Below are positions 54,801 to 64,000 of a stretch of DNA of 64,000 nucleotides, piece after piece (the stretch's first letter is position 1; each line of letters begins with the position of its first letter). Under the pieces are notes generated by a model. The model saw only the letters and a program-made list of their open reading frames with translations, ran no database searches and was not told the origin of the DNA. This DNA comes from Auanema rhodensis (Eukaryota > Animalia > Nematoda). The translations under genes and the position numbers were made by a program. The stretch spans positions 1,612,001-1,676,000 of the forward strand of contig OZ059899.1 in assembly GCA_964057225.1 (NCBI GenBank), in the 5' to 3' direction.

Positions 54801-57800
54801 ATAACACAGATCGACGCAGCTTAAAAATCCGCATCGAATGCACTATACTACATTGAGAAACGCTTAATACAAAAATTAGTTATGATCGTTTGAAAAATGA
54901 TGCATTAGTGTATGTTGAGTTTCCATGTACACTCAACATTGCTTCCAAAAACATTTTGACAAAAATTTTTTTGAAAAATTTCAGAATAATTTAGCAAAAA
55001 GTAGATGTTTTTAGATTCCATTTTTCAAGGCAAAGACGATAGACAATGTTATTCAACAAGAAAATTAATTCTTCAGGGTGAAAATCGAGGATATAAGTGT
55101 GAACTTATATCAGTTGATATCTCGGTGCATTTTTAAGCTAGCGCAAATCTGATAACACAGATCGACGCAGCTTGAAAATCCGCATCGAATGCACTATACT
55201 ACATTGAGAAAGGCTTAATACAAAAATTAGTTATGATCGTTTGAAAAATGATGCATTAGTGTATGTTGAGTTTCCATGTACACTCAACATTGCTTCCAAA
55301 AACATTTTGACAAAAATTTTTTCCAAAAATTTCAAAATAATTTAGCAAAAAGTAGATGTTTTTAGATTCCATTTTACAAGGCAAAGACGATGGACAATGT
55401 TATTCAACGAAAAAAATAATTCTTCAGGGTGAAAATCGAGGATATAAGTGTGAACTTATATCAATTGATATCTCGGTGCATTTTTAAGCTAGCGCAAATC
55501 TGATAACACAGATCGACGCAGCTTAAAAATCCGCATCGAATGCACTATACTACATTGAGAAACGCTTAATACAAAAATTAGTTATGATCGTTTGAAAAAT
55601 GATGCATTAGTGTATGTTGAGTTTCCATGTACACTCAACATTGCTACCAAAAACATTTTGACAAAAATTTTTTTGAAAAATTTCAGAATAATTTAGCAAA
55701 AAGTAGATGTTTTTAGATTCCATTTTTCAAGGCAAAGACGATGGACAATGTTATTCAACGAAAAAAATAATTCTTCAGGGTGAAAATCGAGGATATAAGT
55801 GTGAACTTATATCAGTTGATATCTCGGTGCATTTTTAAGCTAGCGCAAATCTGATAACACAGATCGACGCAGCTTAAAAATCCGCATCGAATGCACTATA
55901 CTACATTGAGAAAAACTTAATACAAAAATTAGTTATGATCGTTTGAAAAATGATGCATTAGTGTATGTTGAGTTTCCAAGTACACTCAACATTGCTTCCA
56001 AAAACATTTTGACAAAAATTTTTTCGAAAAATTTCGAAATAATTTAGCAAAAAGTAGATGTTTTTAGATTCCATTTTTCAAGGCAAAGACGATGGACAAT
56101 GTTATTCAACGAAAAAAATAATTCTTCAGGGTGAAAATCGAGGATATAAGTGTGAACTTATATCAGTTGATATCTCGGTGCATTTTTAAGCTAGCGCAAA
56201 TCTGATAACACAGATCGACGAAACTTAAAAATCCGCATCGAATGCACTATACTACATTGAGAAACGCTTAATACAAAAATTAGTTATGATCGTTTGAAAA
56301 ATGATGCATTAGTGTATGTTGAGTTTCCATGTACACTCAACATTGCTTCCAAAAACATTTTGACAAAAATTTTTTCGAAAAATTTCAAAATAATTTAGCA
56401 AAAAGTAGATGTTTTTAGATTCCATTTTTCAAGGCAAAGACGATGGACAATGTTATTCAACGAAAAAAATAATTCTTCAGAGTGAAAATCGAGGATATAA
56501 GTGTGAACTTATATCAGTTGATATCTCGGTGCATTTTTAAGTTAGCGCAAATCTGATAACACAGATCGACGCAGCTTAAAAATCCGCATCGAATGCACTA
56601 TACTACATTGAGAAACGCTTAATACAAAAATTAGTTATGATCGTTTGAAAAATGATGCATTAGTGTATGTTGAGTTTCCATGTACACTCAACATTGCTTC
56701 CAAAAACATTTTGACAAAAATTTTTTTGAAAAATTTCAGAATAATTTAGCAAAAAGTAGATGTTTTTAGATTCCATTTTTCAAGGCAAAGACGATAGACA
56801 ATGTTATTCAACAAGAAAATTAATTCTTCAGGGTGAAAATCGAGGATATAAGTGTGAACTTATATCAGTTGATATCTCGGTGCATTTTTAAGCTAGCGCA
56901 AATCTGATAACACTGATCGACGCAGCTTGAAAATCCGCATCGAATGCACTATACTACATTGAGAAAGGCTTAATACAAAAATTAGTTATGATCGTTTGAA
57001 AAATGATGCATTAGTGTATGTTGAGTTTCCATGTACACTCAACATTGCTTCCAAAAACATTTTGACAAAAATTTTTTCCAAAAATTTCAAAATAATTTAG
57101 CAAAAAGAAGATGTTTTTAGATTCCATTTTACAAGGCAAAGACGATGGACAATGTTATTCAACGAAAAAAATAATTCTTCAGGGTGAAAATCGAGGATAT
57201 AAGTGTGAACTTATATCAATTGATATCTCGGTGCATTTTTAAGCTAGCGCAAATCTGATAACACAGATCGACGCAGCTTAAAAATCCGCATCGAATGCAC
57301 TATACTACATTGAGAAACGCTTAATACAAAAATTAGTTATGATCGTTTGAAAAATGATGCATTAGTGTATGTTGAGTTTCCATGTACACTCAACATTGCT
57401 TCCAAAAACATTTTGACAAAAATTTTTTTGAAAAATTTCAAAATAATTTAGCAAAAAGTAGATGTTTTTAGATTCCATTTTTCAAGGCAAAGACGATAGA
57501 CAATGTTATTCAACAAGAAAATTAATTCTTCAGGGTGAAAATCGAGGATATAAGTGTGAACTTATATCAGTTGATATCTCGGTGCATTTTTAAGCTAGCG
57601 CAAATCTGATAACACAGATCGACGCAGCTTGAAAATCCGCATCGAATGCACTATACTACATTGAGAAAGGCTTAATACAAAAATTAGTTATGATCGTTTG
57701 AAAAATGATGCATTAGTGTATGTTGAGTTTCCATGTACACTCAACATTGCTTCCAAAAACATTTTGACAAAAATTTTTTCCAAAAATTTCAAAATAATTT

Positions 57801-58090
57801 AGCAAAAAGTAGATGTTTTTAGATTCCATTTTACAAGGCAAAGACGATGGACAATGTTATTCAACGAAAAAAATAATTCTTCAGGGTGAAAATCGAGGAT
57901 ATAAGTGTGAACTTATATCAATTGATATCTCGGTGCATTTTTAAGCTAGCGCAAATCTGATAACACAGATCGACGCAGCTTGAAAATCCGCATCGAATGC
58001 ACTATACTACATTGAGAAACGCTTAATACAAAAATTAGTTATGATCGTTTGAAAAATGATGCATTAGTGTATGTTGAGTTTCCATGTACA
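51010..58090 (+). repeat. Tandem duplication of 10 monomers (3510 bp); ends approximate
   Basis: TTTCCAAGT (~52469, ~55979), AAGTTAGCG (~53032, ~56542), GACGAAACTT, CACTGATC and AAAGAAGAT all recur at 3510-bp spacing. Confidence 0.9.
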
Positions 58091-58600
58091 CTCAACATTG
58101 CTACCAAAAACATTTTGACAAAAATTTTTTCCAAAAATTTCAAAATAATTTAGCAAAAAGTAGATGTTTTTAGATTCCATTTTTCAAGGCAAAGACGATG
58201 GACAATGTTATTCAACGAAAAAAATAATTCTTCAGGGTGAAAATCGAGGATATAAGTGTGAACTTATATCAGTTGATATCTCGGTGCATTTTTAAGCTAG
58301 CGCAAATCTGATAACACAGATCGACGCAGCTTAAAAATCCGCATCGAATGCACTATACTACATTGAGAAAAACTTAATACAAAAATTAGTTATGATCGTT
58401 TGAAAAATGATGCATTAGTGTATGTTGAGTTTCCATGTACACTCAACATTGCTTCCAAAAACATTTTGACAAAAATTTTTTCGAAAAATTTCGAAATAAT
58501 TTAGCAAAAAGTAGATGTTTTTAGATTCCATTTTTCAAGGCAAAGACGATGGACAATGTTATTCAACGAAAAAAATAATTCTTCAGGGTGAAAATCGAGG

Positions 58601-60706
58601 ATATAAGTGTGAACTTATATCAGTTGATATCTCGGTGCATTTTTAAGCTAGCGCAAATCTGATAACACAGATCGACGAAACTTAAAAATCCGCATCGAAT
58701 GCACTATACTACATTGAGAAACGCTTGATACAAAAATTAGTTATGATCGTTTGAAAAATGATGCATTAGTGTATGTTGAGTTTCCATGTACACTCAACAT
58801 TGCTTCCAAAAACATTTTGACAAAAATTTTTTCGAAAAATTTCAAAATAATTTAGCAAAAAGTAGATGTTTTTAAATTCTTTTTTTCAAGGCAAAGACGA
58901 TGAACAATGTTATTCAACGAAAAAATCAATTCTTCAGGGTGAAAATCGAGGATATAAGTGTGAACTTATATCAGTTGATATCTCGGTGCATTTTTAAGCT
59001 AGCGCAAATCTGATAACACAGATCGACGCAGCTTAAAAATCCGCATCAAATGCACTATACTACATTGAGAAACGCTTGATACAAAAATTAGTTATGATCG
59101 TTTGAAAAATGATGCATTAGTGTATGTTGAGTTTCCATGTACACTCAACATTGCTTCCAAAAACATTTTGACAAAAATTTTTTCGAAAAATTTCAAATAA
59201 ATTTAGCAAAAAGTAGATGTTTTTAGATTCCATTTCTCAAGGCAAAGACGATGGACAATGTTATTCAACGAAAAAATTAATTCTTCAGGGTGAAAATTGA
59301 GGATATAAGTGTGAACTTATATCAGTTGATATCTCGGTGCATTTTTAAGCTAGCGCAAATCTGATAACACAGATCGACGCAGCTTAAAAATCCGCATCGA
59401 ATGCACTATACTACATTGAGAAACGCTTAATACAAAAATTAGTTATGATCGTTTGAAAAATGATGCATTAGTGTATGTTGAGTTTCCATGTACACTCAAC
59501 ATTGCTTCCAAAAACATTTTGACAAAACTTTTTTTGAAAAATTTCAAAATAATTTAGCAAAAAGTAGATGTTTTTAGATTCCGTTTTTCAAGGCAAAGAC
59601 GATGGACAATGTTATTCAACGAAAAAAATAATTCTTCAGGGTGAAAATCGAGGATATAAGTGTGAACTTATATCAGTTGATATCTCGGTGCATTTTTAAG
59701 CTAACGCAAATCTGATAACACAGATCGACGCAGCTTAAAAATCCGCATCAAATGCACTATACTACATTGAGAAACGCTTGATACAAAAATTAGTTATGAT
59801 CGTTTGAAAAATGATGCATTAGTGTATGTTGAGTTTCCATGTACACTCAACATTGCTTCCAAAAACATTTTGACAAAAATTTTTTCGAAAAATTTCAAAT
59901 AAATTTAGCAAAAAGTAGATGTTTTTAGATTCCATTTCTCAAGGCAAAGACGATGGACAATGTTATTCAACGAAAAAATTAATTCTTCAGGGTGAAAATT
60001 GAGGATATAAGTGTGAACTTATATCAGTTGATATCTCGGTGCATTTTTAAGCTAGCGCAAATCTGATAACACAGATCGACGCAGCTTAAAAATCCGCATC
60101 GAATGCACTATACTACATTGAGAAACGCTTAATACAAAAATTAGTTATGATCGTTTGAAAAATGATGCATTAGTGTATGTTGAGTTTCCATGTACACTCA
60201 ACATTGCTTCCAAAAACATTTTGACAAAACTTTTTTTGAAAAATTTCAAAATAATTTAGCAAAAAGTAGATGTTTTTAGATTCCGTTTTTCAAGGCAAAG
60301 ACGATGGACAATGTTATTCAACGAAAAAATTAATTCTTCAGGGTGAAAATCGAGGATATAAGTGTGAACTTATATCAGTTGATATCTCGGTGCATTTTTA
60401 AGCTACCGCAAATCTGATAACACAGATCGACGCAGCTTAAAAATCCGCATCAAATGCACTATACTACATTGAGAAACGCTTGATACAAAAATTAGTTATG
60501 ATCGTTTGAAAAATGATGCATTAGTGTATGTTGAGTTTCCATGTACACTCAACATTGCTTCCAAAAACATTTTGACAAAAATTTTTTCCAAAAATTTCAA
60601 AATAATTTAGCAAAAAGTAGATGTTTTTAGATTCCATTTTACAAGGCAAAGACGATGGACAATGTTATTCAACGAAAAAAATAATTCTTCAGGGTGAAAA
60701 TCGAGG
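58601..60706 (+). repeat. More divergent monomer patch containing a 702-bp dimer duplication
   Basis: Alleles include CAAATAAATTT, TTTCTCAA, AAAATTGAGG, TTCCGTTT and GCTACCGC. 58952-59653 resembles 59654-60355, and related monomers recur at 62813-63514. Confidence 0.85.
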
Positions 60707-63700
60707 ATATAAGTGTGAACTTATATCAATTGATATCTCGGTGCATTTTTAAGCTAGCGCAAATCTGATAACACAGATCGACGCAGCTTAAAAATCCGCA
60801 TCGAATGCACTATACTACATTGAGAAACGCTTAATACAAAAATTAGTTATGATCGTTTGAAAAATGATGCATTAGTGTATGTTGAGTTTCCATGTACACT
60901 CAACATTGCTTCCAAAAACATTTTGACAAAAATTTTTTTGAAAAATTTCAGAATAATTTAGCAAAAAGTAGATGTTTTTAGATTCCATTTTTCAAGGCAA
61001 AGACGATAAACAATGTTATTCAACAAGAAAATTAATTCTTCAGGGTGAAAATCGAGGATATAAGTGTGAACTTATATCAGTTGATATCTCGGTGCATTTT
61101 TAAGCTAGCGCAAATCTGATAACACTGATCGACGCAGCTTGAAAATCCGCATCGAATGCACTATACTACATTGAGAAAGGCTTAATACAAAAATTAGTTA
61201 TGATCGTTTGAAAAATGATGCATTAGTGTATGTTGAGTTTCCATGTACACTCAACATTGCTTCCAAAAACATTTTGACAAAAATTTTTTCCAAAAATTTC
61301 AAAATAATTTAGCAAAAAGAAGATGTTTTTAGATTCCATTTTACAAGGCAAAGACGATGGACAATGTTATTCAACGAAAAAAATAATTCTTCAGGGTGAA
61401 AATCGAGGATATAAGTGTGAACTTATATCAATTGATATCTCGGTGCATTTTTAAGCTAGCGCAAATCTGATAACACAGATCGACGCAGCTTAAAAATCCG
61501 CATCGAATGCACTATACTACATTGAGAAACGCTTAATACAAAAATTAGTTATGATCGTTTGAAAAATGATGCATTAGTGTATGTTGAGTTTCCATGTACA
61601 CTCAACATTGCTTCCAAAAACATTTTGACAAAAATTTTTTTGAAAAATTTCAGAATAATTTAGCAAAAAGTAGATGTTTTTAGATTCCATTTTTCAAGGC
61701 AAAGACGATAGACAATGTTATTCAACAAGAAAATTAATTCTTCAGGGTGAAAATCGAGGATATAAGTGTGAACTTATATCAGTTGATATCTCGGTGCATT
61801 TTTAAGCTAGCGCAAATCTGATAACACTGATCGACGCAGCTTGAAAATCCGCATCGAATGCACTATACTACATTGAGAAAGGCTTAATACAAAAATTAGT
61901 TATGATCGTTTGAAAAATGATGCATTAGTGTATGTTGAGTTTCCATGTACACTCAACATTGCTTCCAAAAACATTTTGACAAAAATTTTTTCCAAAAATT
62001 TCAAAATAATTTAGCAAAAAGAAGATGTTTTTAGATTCCATTTTACAAGGCAAAGACGATGGACAATGTTATTCAACGAAAAAAATAATTCTTCAGGGTG
62101 AAAATCGAGGATATAAGTGTGAACTTATATCAATTGATATCTCGGTGCATTTTTAAGCTAGCGCAAATCTGATAACACAGATCGACGCAGCTTAAAAATC
62201 CGCATCGAATGCACTATACTACATTGAGAAACGCTTAATACAAAAATTAGTTATGATCGTTTGAAAAATGATGCATTAGTGTATGTTGAGTTTCCATGTA
62301 CACTCAACATTGCTTCCAAAAACATTTTGACAAAAATTTTTTTGAAAAATTTCAAAATAATTTAGCAAAAAGTAGATGTTTTTAGATTCCATTTTTCAAG
62401 GCAAAGACGATAGACAATGTTATTCAACAAGAAAATTAATTCTTCAGGGTGAAAATCGAGGATATAAGTGTGAACTTATATCAGTTGATATCTCGGTGCA
62501 TTTTTAAGCTAGCGCAAATCTGATAACACAGATCGACGCAGCTTGAAAATCCGCATCGAATGCACTATACTACATTGAGAAAGGCTTAATACAAAAATTA
62601 GTTATGATCGTTTGAAAAATGATGCATTAGTGTATGTTGAGTTTCCATGTACACTCAACATTGCTACCAAAAACATTTTGACAAAAATTTTTTTGAAAAA
62701 TTTCAGAAAAATTTAGCAAAAAGTAGATGTTTTTAGATTCCATTTTTCAAGGCAAAGACGATGGACAATGTTATTCAACGAAAAAATTAATTCTTCAGGG
62801 TGAAAATTGAGGATATAAGTGTGAACTTATATCAGTTGATATCTCGGTGCATTTTTAAGCTACCGCAAATCTGATAACACAGATCGACGCAGCTTAAAAA
62901 TCCGCATCAAATGCACTATACTACATTGAGAAACGCTTGATACAAAAATTAGTTATGATCGTTTGAAAAATGATGCATTAGTGTATGTTGAGTTTCCATG
63001 TACACTCAACATTGCTTCCAAAAACATTTTGACAAAACTTTTTTTGAAAAATTTCAAAATAATTTAGCAAAAAGTAGATGTTTTTAGATTCCGTTTTTCA
63101 AGGCAAAGACGATGGACAATGTTATTCAACGAAAAAATTAATTCTTCAGGGTGAAAATCGAGGATATAAGTGTGAACTTATATCAGTTGATATCTCGGTG
63201 CATTTTTAAGCTACCGCAAATCTGATAACACAGATCGACGCAGCTTAAAAATCCGCATCAAATGCACTATACTACATTGAGAAACGCTTGATACAAAAAT
63301 TAGTTATGATCGTTTGAAAAATGATGCATTAGTGTATGTTGAGTTTCCATGTACACTCAACATTGCTTCCAAAAACATTTTGACAAAAATTTTTTCCAAA
63401 AATTTCAAAATAATTTAGCAAAAAGTAGATGTTTTTAGATTCCATTTTACAAGGCAAAGACGATGGACAATGTTATTCAACGAAAAAAATAATTCTTCAG
63501 GGTGAAAATCGAGGATATAAGTGTGAACTTATATCAATTGATATCTCGGTGCATTTTTAAGCTAGCGCAAATCTGATAACACAGATCGACGCAGCTTAAA
63601 AATCCGCATCGAATGCACTATACTACATTGAGAAACGCTTAATACAAAAATTAGTTATGATCGTTTGAAAAATGATGCATTAGTGTATGTTGAGTTTCCA

Positions 63701-64000
63701 TGTACACTCAACATTGCTTCCAAAAACATTTTGACAAAAATTTTTTTGAAAAATTTCAGAATAATTTAGCAAAAAGTAGATGTTTTTAGATTCCATTTTT
63801 CAAGGCAAAGACGATAGACAATGTTATTCAACAAGAAAATTAATTCTTCAGGGTGAAAATCGAGGATATAAGTGTGAACTTATATCAGTTGATATCTCGG
63901 TGCATTTTTAAGCTAGCGCAAATCTGATAACACTGATCGACGCAGCTTGAAAATCCGCATCGAATGCACTATACTACATTGAGAAAGGCTTAATACAAAA

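Larger units (their letters stand above)
1..64000. repeat. Tandem satellite DNA array, 351-bp monomer, 182 full copies plus 1 partial, single orientation, running off both window edges
   Basis: ATATAAGTGTGAACTTATA recurs at 1, 352, 703, 1052, 1401 and onward. The period is strictly 351 bp from 6303 to 27363 and from 27713 to 63866 (103 x 351). Copies differ by only a few SNPs and no non-monomer sequence is seen. Confidence 0.99.

Noticed and set aside
1-64000. CRISPR array or variable-cassette system (palindromic repeats at regular spacing)
   Set aside because: There are no unique spacers or cassettes: the sequence between hairpins is as conserved as the hairpins, and no associated genes are present.

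Overview
The whole 64 kb window is one uninterrupted head-to-tail satellite DNA array with a 351-bp monomer (about 31% GC, counted on monomer 1). Phased from ATATAAGTGT, it holds 182 complete monomers plus a 135-bp partial copy at 63866-64000. Eight monomers are 349 bp (all within 703-6302) and one is 350 bp (27363-27712). I see no genes, RNA genes, CRISPR spacers, transposon insertions or inversions; the ORF-track entries are by-products of monomer SNPs. Within the monomer there are four dyads or hairpins: one is a 67-nt foldback, and two 9-bp stems lie half a monomer apart. Along the array, SNP haplotypes define local higher-order repeats (2- to 10-monomer duplications), chimeric monomers, and roughly concentric layers around a very homogeneous core at about 25-36 kb. 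It looks like a eukaryotic, probably invertebrate, centromeric, pericentromeric or telomere-associated satellite. I cannot assign a named family, species or function from the sequence alone. All variant calls were made by eye.
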